A DNA stretch of 64,000 bases from an uncultured Bacteroidales bacterium (GCA_905234655.1 CAJOJG010000002.1:12089-76088), one strand, 5' to 3'; numbered from the stretch's first letter, positions 25,445-35,068 are shown. Numbers and translations are program-made. Notes: generated by a model from the letters alone, not told the origin.

Positions 25445-26983
25445 CTATTGGTGTTGTTCTCTCAAAAGGTCGAGTACTGTCTTCACTGGCGAGAATGTCT
25501 CGATGGGCACTTCGACGAAAATCGTGTTCCAGTCGGACATCGCGCCGTTCCATAGTCCCGGGCGTTCGATTGACTTCAGGGTCTTTCCGTTCTTCGACTT
25601 GTGGGATATGAATCCTGTCATCGGGTCGGTGAACTTTCTGAGGTCGAACTTGTTGCCTTCGCAGTCGGTCACGTCGCACACTAAGTCCACGGGATTGAAG
25701 TGTGTGGCTTTTGCGACGATTTCCTGGCTCTTTGGGTCGTTCTTGTCTATCTGGGAGGATTCGACTATTTGGAGCGATGTCGTTCCGTCGGAGTTCTTAG
25801 CCCAGAATGGACCGCCGCCCGGCTCGCCTTCGTTCTTGACCATTCCACAGATGCGCAGCGGGCGTTTTAGTTTTGCCAGCATGACTTTCACTTTCTCGCT
25901 GTCGGGGAGGTTGATGAACTTTTCGTCAAACTCGCAGCATAACTTCTTGGTTATGAATACGAACACTTCGTCCAAGATTTGGGAAGTCGGGTTAGTTTCC
26001 AGTGCCTTTATATATGTCGCGATGTTTTCCTTTGTCTTGAGCAGGTAGCCGGCGAGTGCCATTTTGTACTTGACAGTGGCGGCTTTGCGGGAATCCGGCA
26101 CAACGTTGTCGATTGTCTTTATGAATATGATTCGCGCGTTGATGTCGTTGAGGTTCTCGATTAACGAGCCGTGTCCAGCAGGACGGAAAAGCGGAGACCC
26201 GTCGTCGTTGCGGAAAATCTCGTTGTCCTCGTCGACGGCTATCGTGTCAGTGAACGGCTTTTGGGAAGAGAAGTTGATGTCGAGTTGGCAGTTGGATTTT
26301 TCTTCGAATGAAATCCTTGCTTTGTCGACGAATGCGGTGAAGAAGCCGAGGTGCTCAGGCGATACTGTGAAGTGGATTTTCACGTCTTTGCCTGACTTTG
26401 CGTACTGGATTCCTTCCGCGATGTGTTCTTCTACTGGTGTCCGTGTTGTGTTTTTATATCTATGAAATTCTATGAGGCCTTTGGGCATGTTGCCGTAGTT
26501 AAGGCCGTCCTTCGTTATGACACTCTCGACGAGTTCCTTCGGCTTGTGATCCTGGAGGAGTTCCTTGACCGACTTTCCGTACTTGCTGTATACGATTTTC
26601 TGGAGGTTGTCGTAGAAGGCGAACCTGTCGATGTTGTCGATGAAGCGTCGGGCCGGATTGTTCGTGTCGTTGAATTTCTGTTTTTGTTCCGGGCTTCCGT
26701 CGTATTCGGAGACGAATACAAACAGGTCTTTGAACATCCTGGACGCTGCTCCGGACGCTGGCACGAACTTGACGATGCTCATCTTGTCGGCTTCTTGAGC
26801 GTACTTTTGAGCATACTTGTTCATCTCTTCCTCGGTAAGGCACCTTATGCCGTCGTTTGCCGTAGCGGGCCTGACGATTCCGAGGTATGGGAATCCTTTT
26901 TTGTAGAAATCCAACTGTCTGTCGATTTCTTCGGTGCTGATTTCGCGCTGTGCGAAATATTTGATGTCGTTTTCAGTGTACAT
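25445..26983 (-). CDS. DUF4301-like protein (nucleotidyltransferase-like VKFVPASGAASRMFK motif)
   Basis: A 512-aa ORF with ATG at 26983. The N-terminus MYTENDIKYFAQREISTEEIDRQLDFYKKGFPYL is as I recall for DUF4301; this was not checked by a search. Confidence 0.6.
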   Translation of the reverse strand: MYTENDIKYFAQREISTEEIDRQLDFYKKGFPYLGIVRPATANDGIRCLTEEEMNKYAQKYAQEADKMSIVKFVPASGAASRMFKDLFVFVSEYDGSPEQKQKFNDTNNPARRFIDNIDRFAFYDNLQKIVYSKYGKSVKELLQDHKPKELVESVITKDGLNYGNMPKGLIEFHRYKNTTRTPVEEHIAEGIQYAKSGKDVKIHFTVSPEHLGFFTAFVDKARISFEEKSNCQLDINFSSQKPFTDTIAVDEDNEIFRNDDGSPLFRPAGHGSLIENLNDINARIIFIKTIDNVVPDSRKAATVKYKMALAGYLLKTKENIATYIKALETNPTSQILDEVFVFITKKLCCEFDEKFINLPDSEKVKVMLAKLKRPLRICGMVKNEGEPGGGPFWAKNSDGTTSLQIVESSQIDKNDPKSQEIVAKATHFNPVDLVCDVTDCEGNKFDLRKFTDPMTGFISHKSKNGKTLKSIERPGLWNGAMSDWNTIFVEVPIETFSPVKTVLDLLREQHQ

Positions 26984-27024
26984 AAGTAAAGTTTAGTTTA
27001 AGTTTTTGGGTCATTTTTCATATC

Positions 27025-27061
27025 AAAAAAGTCCGGGGAAAATAATGTACCGGACTTTTTT
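27025..27061. terminator. Bidirectional-looking intrinsic terminator hairpin inside the DUF4301 leader
   Basis: aaaaaa-gtccgg-ggaaaataatgta-ccggac-tttttt, about 45 nt upstream of the ATG at 26983 on the - strand. Confidence 0.55.
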
Positions 27062-27185
27062 CAAAAAATAACACTTAAAATCAAACAAGATATGAAAACA
27101 AATTTTATTGAATCGCCGCTGGCGGGTTTATAACGCCTTCGGCAAGAAAACGGCGCAGTCGCTGCGGTTCGTGTTTTCTGTGGCA

Positions 27186-27217
27186 CAAATATAGCACGGG
27201 TTTTGCTGATTTGCAAA
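27186..27217 (-). promoter_or_regulatory. Bacteroidota-type promoter (-33 TTTG / -7 TAtaTTTG) on the - strand
   Basis: The - strand reads tttg (27217-27214), 20 nt, then tatatttg (27193-27186). This lies 30 nt after the upstream gene's stop and about 200 nt before the DUF4301 ATG. Confidence 0.45.
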
Positions 27218-27246
27218 TATTTTTTCAACTTTTTTTGAAGTTTTTT

Positions 27247-28533
27247 TTAAAACCGCGCTGTGGTGGTCTCGGTGTCGTATGTCTTTACCGTCACGGCGTC
27301 GCCAGACTTTATGGAGTGCATGAAGGCGTCTTCCTTTTTTGGGAATTGCTTTTTGCACTTGTCTATCAGTTTGTTAGCCTCTTCTGTAAGCGGCATGTCG
27401 GCGGTTTTTGCCTTCGATGCGTAGTCGGCGGCTACCCAGTATACAGTCCTGTGGGCAAAGTCGTCGTCGCCGAAGTTGTTGGCGTTGACCATGTATATCG
27501 CGGCGATGAGCAGCGACGGCGCGCCGTTTTTGGGGTTGGCGGCTGCTGATTTTTTAGCGAGAGCCACGGCTTCGCGGTGTTTGTTCTGGTTGTTTGCGAC
27601 TGTGGCGGCTTCGTAGAGGTAGTCGGATTTGAGCTTTTGGTCAGTTTCCATTTTTATCGCCTCGTCGTAGTACTTGGCGGCGTTGTCGTACTTTTTCGCA
27701 TGGCGGTTATATCGCGCGATGGACGCTGCGGCCTGTGCGGAGGGGTTGTTCTTGTAGAGCCGCTCGGCGCATTGAGCGTAGAGGTCGTTGCCGTCGGCGG
27801 AGAATACGTCCATGGTTTTTGTGAGCGCGGCGACTTCGGTTATGCTCGACGGGAGAGTGCGTTTGCGCTGGAAGAGTTCGTCGAAAGTCGGTGTGGCTGA
27901 GGATTGTGAGAATGTACGTCTCATGACCGAGAATACCTTGTCGGCAGTTTCGCCGTATGATTCGGACTTGGATTCACGGTTGCGGTACACGGACTTTACC
28001 ACAGGCTCAAGCGCGTCGAATGCCTGCTCGTTGTCGATTGTTCCGTTGGCGAGGAGGGCGCAGGCGGCTTGTGTGTATGCTGCGACGGACGCGATGTCCG
28101 GGTCGGTCGGGTTTGCTGCGATGGCTTTGGCGATGGTGTGGAATCCTTCGAGGTTCGCGGTGTCGCTGCGGCGGTATTTCATGATTTCCATTCCGTAGCG
28201 GCTCCAGACGGATGCCGGTTCGCCGTAGTTCGCGATGCGCTGGCGGTATATAATGCCGAGCGTGTCGACGTATGCGTTAACGAGCGCGTCGTCGTCCTCG
28301 CCAGCCTTGCTAATCATCGAACGGTAGATTTTTGAGCCGTCTATGTATATGTTTTTGCTGAATTTTGGACAGTCTTTAAAAACTTTCCAAAAAGGTTCGC
28401 GGGCTTCGGAATATGCCTCGACGTTCACAAACTCCTTGTACATGGAGTATTCAACGGCGCATTGGTTGTCTTGCGCGGTGGCGTTAAGTGCTGCTGCGGT
28501 AAACGCGAGGGCTGGAATGATTTTACTTTTCAT
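27247..28533 (-). CDS. Secreted helical/TPR-like protein, unknown function
   Basis: ATG 28533 gives the signal peptide MKSKIIPALAFTAAALNATAQ. The 108-aa upstream extension of the track ORF is Pro/Thr/Lys-rich and runs through a terminator, so it was rejected. Confidence 0.65.
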   Translation of the reverse strand: MKSKIIPALAFTAAALNATAQDNQCAVEYSMYKEFVNVEAYSEAREPFWKVFKDCPKFSKNIYIDGSKIYRSMISKAGEDDDALVNAYVDTLGIIYRQRIANYGEPASVWSRYGMEIMKYRRSDTANLEGFHTIAKAIAANPTDPDIASVAAYTQAACALLANGTIDNEQAFDALEPVVKSVYRNRESKSESYGETADKVFSVMRRTFSQSSATPTFDELFQRKRTLPSSITEVAALTKTMDVFSADGNDLYAQCAERLYKNNPSAQAAASIARYNRHAKKYDNAAKYYDEAIKMETDQKLKSDYLYEAATVANNQNKHREAVALAKKSAAANPKNGAPSLLIAAIYMVNANNFGDDDFAHRTVYWVAADYASKAKTADMPLTEEANKLIDKCKKQFPKKEDAFMHSIKSGDAVTVKTYDTETTTARF

Positions 28534-28614
28534 GATAAATTCTGTTTTGTGCAAAGTTATCCATGAAATGCAAATCAAGTATGAAAGATATGTAAAATAA
28601 TGGTTAGTTTTTGG

Positions 28615-28643
28615 ATATGAAAACAGGGGCGTTAACCCCTGTT
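28615..28643 (-). terminator. Rho-independent terminator of recA
   Basis: The - strand reads aacagggg-ttaacg-cccctgtt followed by ttcatat, 24 nt after the recA stop. Confidence 0.65.
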
Positions 28644-28666
28644 CAAATGATTTTGTCAATGTGTTT

Positions 28667-29788
28667 TTAGTCTTCCTGGCTTTCTGCGAGTTCTTGGGCG
28701 GCGATGGATGCCATGCCGGCTTCGGTGTCGCTTGCCGGGTCGTCCTTCGGGTCGTAGTTTTCACCACGGAGTTCGGCGCGGACTTTTGTCTCGATTTCGC
28801 TGCGGAGCTCGTCGTCCTCGGCGAGGAGAGAGAGGACGGCGTCGCGGCCTTGTCCAATCTTGCTGTCGCCGTAGCTGAACCATGAGCCGGACTTCTTTAT
28901 GACGTTCATCTCCACTGCAAAGTCCACGAGTTCGCCGATTGACGAGATGCCGGTGCCAAACATGAGGTCGAACTCTGCTTTCTTGAATGGCGGAGCGACT
29001 TTGTTCTTGACCACTTTGACTTTTATGCGTCCGCCGATTACGTTGTCGCCGTCCTTTATTTGACCAATGCGGCGCACGTCGAGGCGCAGCGATGCGTAGA
29101 ACTTAAGCGCGTTGCCGCCAGTGGTAGTCTCGGGGTTGCCAAACAGCACGCCGATTTTCTCGCGCAGCTGGTTGATGAATATGACGCACGTGTTAGTCTT
29201 CGAGATGTTGGCTGTCAACTTCCTGAGAGCCTGTGACATTAGCCTTGCTTGAAGACCCATTTTCGAATCGCCCATGTCGCCTTCGATTTCAGCCTTTGGT
29301 GTGAGGGCTGCCACGGAGTCGATGACTATTATGTCGAGTGCGCCGCTTCGGATGAGGGAGTCGGCGATTTCGAGAGCTTGCTCGCCATTGTCGGGCTGCG
29401 AAATGAGGAGCGAGTTTACGTCGACGCCAAGGTTTTCGGCGTATGTACGGTCGAATGCATGTTCTGCGTCGATTATTGCGGCGATGCCGCCGAGCTTTTG
29501 AGCCTCGGCAATCGCGTGGATTGCGAGTGTTGTCTTACCGGAGGATTCGGGTCCGAAAATCTCAACGACCCTGCCCCTCGGGTATCCGCCGATGCCAATG
29601 GCGGCGTCCAGTCCGATGGAGCCGGAGGGTATCGATGGCACGTCCTCGGTAACTTTGTCGCCAAGTTTCATTATGGTGCCCTTGCCAAAATCCTTGTCAA
29701 TCTTGTCGAGGGTCAACTGCAACGCTTTCAGGCGTTCAGCCTTGGGGTCGAGTGCCGCTGCCCCAGTGTCTGCTGTTTTCTTTGCCAT
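28667..29788 (-). CDS. recA: Recombinase RecA
   Basis: [19 protein letters not shown]...[10 protein letters not shown]...[28 protein letters not shown]..., with an acidic C-terminal tail. Confidence 0.97.
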   Translation of the reverse strand: MAKKTADTGAAALDPKAERLKALQLTLDKIDKDFGKGTIMKLGDKVTEDVPSIPSGSIGLDAAIGIGGYPRGRVVEIFGPESSGKTTLAIHAIAEAQKLGGIAAIIDAEHAFDRTYAENLGVDVNSLLISQPDNGEQALEIADSLIRSGALDIIVIDSVAALTPKAEIEGDMGDSKMGLQARLMSQALRKLTANISKTNTCVIFINQLREKIGVLFGNPETTTGGNALKFYASLRLDVRRIGQIKDGDNVIGGRIKVKVVKNKVAPPFKKAEFDLMFGTGISSIGELVDFAVEMNVIKKSGSWFSYGDSKIGQGRDAVLSLLAEDDELRSEIETKVRAELRGENYDPKDDPASDTEAGMASIAAQELAESQED

Positions 29789-29815
29789 AATTCTTTTATT
29801 GTTTTTTTAATTGTC

Positions 29816-30814
29816 TTACTGTCTGTTAAGTTCCTTCCATATTCCGTACACGAGTTCCTTTACGCCCTCTTTTGTGTATGAGGAGAAGATGAAGTGCGGG
29901 ACGTCGGAAGGCAGTGATTCCAAAATCCCTTCGCGGATTTCGTCGTCGGCGACGTCACATTTCGAGATGCCGATGATGCGCCTTTTGTCGAGGAGTTCGG
30001 GGTTGTATTTGCCAAGTTCGCCGAGCAGGATTTCGTAGTCCTTCGCCGCGTCCGCGCTGTCCGCCGGTATGAGGAATAGCAGGAGCGAGTTGCGCTCTAT
30101 GTGCCTCAAGAACCTCAGTCCCAATCCTTTGCCCTCGGACGCGCCTTCGATGATGCCGGGGATGTCGGCCATGACGAATGAATATTTGTTGTCGACATCG
30201 ACCATGCCGAGGTGGGGGACAAGCGTAGTGAACGGGTAGTCGGCAATCTTAGGCCTTGCGGCAGATATTGTGGACAGTAGCGTTGACTTCCCGGCATTAG
30301 GAAAGCCGACTAAGCCAATGTCCGCCAACACTTTGAGTTCCAGTATTTTCCAACCTTCCTCACACTCCTCGCCGGGTTGGGCGTAGCGCGGTGTCTGGTT
30401 CGTGGAGGACTTGAAGTGGACATTGCCAAGGCCGCCCCTGCCGCCCTTGGCGAGGACACGTTGTTCGCCGTCTTCGGTTATTTCAAACAGGAAATCGCCG
30501 GTCTCGCCGTCCCTTGCAACCGTGCCGAGCGGAACGTCGATGACGACATCCTTGCCATCCTTGCCGTGCCACATGTCGCGCATGCCCGACACGCCGTCTT
30601 CAGCAAAGATGTGCTTTTGGTATTTGAGGTGCAACAGGGTCCAAAACTGTTTGTTGCCCTTAATAATCACGCTGCCGCCGTGTCCGCCGTCGCCGCCGTC
30701 GGGACCGGCTTTTGGCCGGTATTTCTCACGTTTGAGGTGGGCCGATCCTGCGCCGCCCTTGCCGGAGCGCACGTATATTTTAACGTAGTCGATGAAGTTT
30801 CCGCCGTCTGCCAT
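29816..30814 (-). CDS. obg: GTPase Obg/CgtA
   Basis: [26 protein letters not shown]...[11 protein letters not shown]...[17 protein letters not shown]. Confidence 0.95.
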   Translation of the reverse strand: MADGGNFIDYVKIYVRSGKGGAGSAHLKREKYRPKAGPDGGDGGHGGSVIIKGNKQFWTLLHLKYQKHIFAEDGVSGMRDMWHGKDGKDVVIDVPLGTVARDGETGDFLFEITEDGEQRVLAKGGRGGLGNVHFKSSTNQTPRYAQPGEECEEGWKILELKVLADIGLVGFPNAGKSTLLSTISAARPKIADYPFTTLVPHLGMVDVDNKYSFVMADIPGIIEGASEGKGLGLRFLRHIERNSLLLFLIPADSADAAKDYEILLGELGKYNPELLDKRRIIGISKCDVADDEIREGILESLPSDVPHFIFSSYTKEGVKELVYGIWKELNRQ

Positions 30815-30820
30815 TGCAGT

Positions 30821-30912
30821 AATTTTCGATTTTTTGATTTTTTGATTTTCGATTTCCTCGTTCCTCTTTCCTCTCTAAGTCTCTCCTCTTTCCTCTCTAA
30901 ATCTTTCCTCTC
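30821..30912 (-). repeat. Composite simple-repeat spacer between the clpX stop and the obg start (homopurine on the sense strand)
   Basis: The - strand has a 21-nt direct repeat (ttagagaggaaagagga x2), then gaggaacgaggaaat, then (aaaatc/aaaaaatc) units. It fills the entire 99-nt spacer. Confidence 0.85.
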
Positions 30913-30913
30913 C

Positions 30914-32155
30914 CTATCCTTCCATCGCGTGGCGGAGGAAGTCGGCGTGTTCGAGTTTTTCTTTTGCGAGGTCGAGTGTCACGGTGAACTCCTTTATGCC
31001 TTTGGACGGCATTTCGTACATTATGTCGAGCATTATCGTCTCGCAAATCGACCTCAGACCGCGCGCGCCAAGTTTGAACTCCTCGGCGACGTCGACGATA
31101 TAGTCGAGTACCGCCGGTTCAAACTCAAGTTTGACGCCGTCCATCTGGAACAGTTTTTTGTACTGCCTTACGATTGCGTTCTTCGGCTCGGTGAGGATAT
31201 TGCGGAGTGCGACGCGGTCGAGCGGCTCGAGGTATGTGAGCAGTGGCAGTCGTCCAATGATTTCGGGGATAAGTCCGAAGGCCTTGAGGTCGGCTGGCGT
31301 GATGTACTGGAGGAGATTGTCACGGTTGAGCTGGCCGTTCTCGCGGATGCTGTTGAATCCGACGACCTCGGTGTTAAGGCGTTGTGCGATTTTTTTCTCT
31401 ATTCCGTCAAATGCGCCGCCGCAGATGAAGAGTATGTTCTTCGTGTCCACGGGGACCATTTTTTGGTCTGGGTGCTTGCGCCCGCCGTTTGGCGGTACGT
31501 TGACGATGCTGCCTTCAAGGATTTTGAGCAGGCCTTGCTGGACACCCTCGCCGGAGACGTCGCGGGTTATGGACGGATTGTCGCCCTTTCGTGCAATCTT
31601 GTCGATTTCGTCGATGAAGACGATTCCGCGCTCCGCCTGTTTCACGTCGAAGTCACATGATTGGAGCAGGCGAGTAAGCAGGCTTTCGACATCCTCGCCG
31701 ACGTATCCGGCTTCCGTCAATACTGTCGCGTCCACGATAGTGAAAGGCACGTTCAAGAGCCTTGCAATGGTCTTTGCCATCAGGGTCTTGCCCGTGCCGG
31801 TCCTGCCGACCATAATGATGTTTGACTTTTCAATATCGACGTCGTCGGACTTTATGCGCTGCCTGAGGCGCTTATAGTGGTTATAAACGGCAACGCTGAG
31901 CGATTTTTTCGCTTGTTCCTGTCCAATGACGTACTGGTCGAGGAAACTTTTTATGTCGTATGGCTTGTAGTCGAAATTCTCTTTTTCATTTGCCCGGGCG
32001 TCGGAGACGTCGTTCTTCGAGTTCTCGTCAATGAGTGTGCGGCACTGGTCCACGCAATAGTTGCAGATGTAGGCCGACTCGCCTTCGATCATCAGTGATA
32101 CCTCCGTCCTTGGACGCCCGCAAAACGAGCATTTGTTTATCGTCTGTTTTGGCAT
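30914..32155 (-). CDS. clpX: ATP-dependent Clp protease ATP-binding subunit ClpX
   Basis: Zn-finger CSFCGR...CNYC, Walker A MVGRTGTGKTLMAKT, and GIVFIDEIDKI. Confidence 0.96.
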   Translation of the reverse strand: MPKQTINKCSFCGRPRTEVSLMIEGESAYICNYCVDQCRTLIDENSKNDVSDARANEKENFDYKPYDIKSFLDQYVIGQEQAKKSLSVAVYNHYKRLRQRIKSDDVDIEKSNIIMVGRTGTGKTLMAKTIARLLNVPFTIVDATVLTEAGYVGEDVESLLTRLLQSCDFDVKQAERGIVFIDEIDKIARKGDNPSITRDVSGEGVQQGLLKILEGSIVNVPPNGGRKHPDQKMVPVDTKNILFICGGAFDGIEKKIAQRLNTEVVGFNSIRENGQLNRDNLLQYITPADLKAFGLIPEIIGRLPLLTYLEPLDRVALRNILTEPKNAIVRQYKKLFQMDGVKLEFEPAVLDYIVDVAEEFKLGARGLRSICETIMLDIMYEMPSKGIKEFTVTLDLAKEKLEHADFLRHAMEG

Positions 32156-32274
32156 GTGTAAGTTATGTTTTTATCTTATATGCTGAATATGTTTTTTTTC
32201 AGGGTGCAAAGATATAAAATTAAATGCAATACACAGACAATAAAAGTGTGTTTTTTTTCACTTGTGTTTTTGGC

Positions 32275-34224
32275 TTAGAATCTGATTTTTGCGCCGATTA
32301 CCATTCTGAAGCCGCTCTGCTCGATGTATGAGAAGTCGCGGTAGTCCTTGTCGAATATGTTTGTCGCGTCGGCGTAGAATGTGAGGTTCTTTATGTCGTA
32401 CTTAATGCCATAGTCCACAAGCGCATACGGGTCGTTGCCTTCGCCGACGCGGTAGTTATAGCGGTAGTCGAGCGTCATTACCAGCGAGTTGACGATTCTG
32501 AAGACTGCGGAGGCGACGACTTTGTGGCGGAGGTATTCCATGGCGTATTTTGAGGAGATGACTGGGCGGCTGTACTCGATGTCCGCGTCGTTATATGCGT
32601 ACTGGACTTTGAGGGTCTCGAGCGGGCAGTTTTCCCATGTCTCCGACGGCAGCCATCCCGCCATGACCATTGCGCCACGGTTGTGCATCTTGAAGTTGCC
32701 GCTCTTGTATGTCTTGCCGTCGCCTTGGTCGCCGTATATCACCCAGTCAATCATGTCCTTCTTGTTGGAGGCGTACAGTTGGATTTCGCCGGTAAAGCCG
32801 GTGTCGCGTGCCTTCGTGCCGATGCTGAAGTCGACAGTGCGTTCCGGCGAGAGGTCGGAAGTGCCTTCGATGTTTGTGCCGGAGTAGTAGAGGTCAGTGA
32901 AGGTCGGCATACGGAGGGCTGAGTTTACGTTTGCAAATAGTTTCCAGTGGAGTCCGGGGCGGAAAGTCACGTCCGTGCCGGGACAAAAACGCCACTTGTG
33001 GTCGAGGTCGGTGTTTGTGATAGCCGGGACAGCCATCGCGATAGTCCATTTGGGCAGAATGATGTCGTGCTCGGCGGTGATAAGGATATTGGTGCGGTCG
33101 GCGGAATGGTTGTATTTTGTGCTGGAAGTGCCGTCATGTCCCTTAGTATCAAACCATTCCGATTCGAGCATCGGCTCGCCGAGTTTTGTGGAATATATAA
33201 GTTCGTTACGCATCTCGGCGGTGAAGGAAGTGCGTCCAAGGCGGTTGGAAGCCCATGCAGTAATGCCCGCAGTCCTCACGTCGCATCTGTGGAAATTCTC
33301 CCCGGCGGGATTGTCGCGGTGCCACTGGTAGTGGTCGTAGCGGCGGTCGGCGGCGAAGGACGGCGCGATGTGGACGTTTGCGGCTGTGATTTCGGCGGCG
33401 GCGGCGATGATGAAATGCTCGTTGCTTTCCCACTGGTCGGTGGATGCCGAGCCGTAGAATGTGTTGGCTTCGTATGGGCGGTACGAGTATCCAGCCTGGA
33501 AGTTCGCCTTGACGTTGTCGGCTTTGTATGATGCCTTATAATATGCCTTTGTGGACTCGAAAGCGGAGTTCGGGGTGTCGCCGTCGTCACGGACATGGCC
33601 AGCGGACAATGTGTGTGTCATCCTCGCCTGGCTTCCGGCGTTGTGGGCGATTGTGGCGTTTGCATTCGCGCCGGCGTTTCCGTGGTCGCCTGCGTAAACA
33701 TGCGCCATGCCGGACGCTGCGGCCGAAAAGCCCGGGCGAGTCGGGTCGTCTTCACGTGTCACGATGTTGACTGTGCCGGTGAAGGATGACGTGCCGAATA
33801 CGCGCGCCGACGGGCCTTCGAGGATTTCCACACGCTCGATGTCGTCTGGCGAGAGCGGGAAGTCGGCGGAGAGGTGGCCGGTATGTGGCGAAGTGATGTT
33901 AATGCCGTTGAGGAGGATTGTCACCTGGTCAAAAGAGCCGCCACGGACGCTGATGTCGGTCTGCACGCCGTTACCGCGCTGGCGGACGTCCACACCGGCG
34001 GCAAACTTAAGCACGTCGTCGATTGTGTGGACCGGGAGTTCGGCGATTTCGTCGTGGGTGATTACCGTTACCTGCTGCGGAGTCTGCGAACTCGTAAGCG
34101 GCACGCGCGCCGACAGGATTTTGATTTCGCGGTGTTCGATGTCGTTAGTCGTGTCGGTCTGACCAAATGCCGTGCCCGCCGTCACCGACAGCGCGGCGAT
34201 CATAGTGAAAATTCTTAATTTCAT
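32275..34224 (-). CDS. TonB-dependent receptor (non-SusC, BtuB/CirA-size)
   Basis: ATG 34224 gives the signal peptide MKLRIFTMIAALSVTAGTAFGQ. Plug motifs are VTVITHDEI...DVLKFAAGVDV...RGG...ILLNGI...IERVEILEGPSARVFG, and the terminal residues are ...GAKIRF. Confidence 0.85.
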   Translation of the reverse strand: MKLRIFTMIAALSVTAGTAFGQTDTTNDIEHREIKILSARVPLTSSQTPQQVTVITHDEIAELPVHTIDDVLKFAAGVDVRQRGNGVQTDISVRGGSFDQVTILLNGINITSPHTGHLSADFPLSPDDIERVEILEGPSARVFGTSSFTGTVNIVTREDDPTRPGFSAAASGMAHVYAGDHGNAGANANATIAHNAGSQARMTHTLSAGHVRDDGDTPNSAFESTKAYYKASYKADNVKANFQAGYSYRPYEANTFYGSASTDQWESNEHFIIAAAAEITAANVHIAPSFAADRRYDHYQWHRDNPAGENFHRCDVRTAGITAWASNRLGRTSFTAEMRNELIYSTKLGEPMLESEWFDTKGHDGTSSTKYNHSADRTNILITAEHDIILPKWTIAMAVPAITNTDLDHKWRFCPGTDVTFRPGLHWKLFANVNSALRMPTFTDLYYSGTNIEGTSDLSPERTVDFSIGTKARDTGFTGEIQLYASNKKDMIDWVIYGDQGDGKTYKSGNFKMHNRGAMVMAGWLPSETWENCPLETLKVQYAYNDADIEYSRPVISSKYAMEYLRHKVVASAVFRIVNSLVMTLDYRYNYRVGEGNDPYALVDYGIKYDIKNLTFYADATNIFDKDYRDFSYIEQSGFRMVIGAKIRF

Positions 34225-34431
34225 GTGCTTGTCTTTCAATTTATTTTTGTTTAACTCGGACACAAAGGTAAATGTAATTTTGTCGTGACAATAATTTTTG
34301 ATGTTAATAAATTATTATATTATTTCTGAAAAATCATATAAAAAAATATTAGGTTATTCCCAAAACTTGTTTTTAACCTATAACTTCAGGTTATTAATAT
34401 ATGAAAAGCGGTTTTTTATAATTAGCATGGG

Positions 34432-34476
34432 CAAAAAAATCCCCGCAAACTTCTTTTAAGGAAAATGTTTGCGGGG
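34432..34476 (-). terminator. Rho-independent terminator of the DUF4293 gene
   Basis: ccccgcaaac / gtttgcgggg is a 10-bp stem, followed on the - strand by attttttt. Confidence 0.75.
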
Positions 34477-34487
34477 GCTGGTTGTGG

Positions 34488-34940
34488 TTATCTGATTCTG
34501 TCGAGCGACCTTACTTTGGCCTCGTCGAGCAGGACATGGCGGAATGCCATTATGCCGAGGATTGTGTTTATGAGCGGCAGGATGAGCGGCCAGTTGAAGT
34601 TGGAGCCCGTCACGTCGCCTTCAAACGACAAGTACCTGTACATGAGCGCCAGCCCGTAAAATCCGATGGACATGATGATCGAGATTATTGTCAGCCGGGA
34701 CTGTAGGATTCTGTTTTTGAACAATGCGATGATGACGAAGTTGAATATAGCGGACGCTATGAGGTATGCGGCGGGCATTGTGCCAGGGATTACGGTTTCC
34801 GCGCCGTCCTTGACCACCCCGGCGGCGGAGATGGTGTAGTTTCCGTCAGTGACGAAAAGCGTCATCCAGTCGAACGGTAGCATCAGGAGCGAGAATACCC
34901 CGATGAGGAACCACCAAATTGTCTGTTGTCTTTGTAACAT
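34488..34940 (-). CDS. DUF4293-like integral membrane protein
   Basis: MLQRQQTIWWFLIGVFSLLMLPFDW..., with four to five hydrophobic segments. Confidence 0.65.
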   Translation of the reverse strand: MLQRQQTIWWFLIGVFSLLMLPFDWMTLFVTDGNYTISAAGVVKDGAETVIPGTMPAAYLIASAIFNFVIIALFKNRILQSRLTIISIIMSIGFYGLALMYRYLSFEGDVTGSNFNWPLILPLINTILGIMAFRHVLLDEAKVRSLDRIR

Positions 34941-35068
34941 TCTGTGTGTCGTTTTTAGGAATGAGTGTTATGATTTTTTTTAATTGGTAAGACAAAATTA
35001 AAACAAAAAAGCGCACCATGAAAGAATAAAACTATTAATTTTGCAAAAAATATTGAAATTTACTCGAA

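Noticed and set aside
28667-28760. The extended acidic C-terminus of RecA as something unusual
   Set aside because: Acidic, variable-length C-tails are a normal feature of RecA proteins, so it is not noteworthy without comparative data.
28534-28857. A 108-aa N-terminal extension of the 27247-28857 ORF
   Set aside because: The extension is Pro/Ser/Thr/Lys/Arg-rich, overlaps the recA 3' end and its terminator, and precedes a perfect signal peptide at the internal ATG 28533.
30377-31660. A 427-aa + strand ORF spanning the obg/clpX region
   Set aside because: It is antisense to two well-supported genes and runs straight through their intergenic simple repeat (translated as ...[14 protein letters not shown]...). 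It is a typical shadow ORF of moderately GC-rich coding DNA.
32275-34440. A cobalamin or TPP riboswitch upstream of the TonB-dependent receptor
   Set aside because: The upstream region is almost pure AT, without the GC helices or conserved boxes of those riboswitches, so nothing supports the call.
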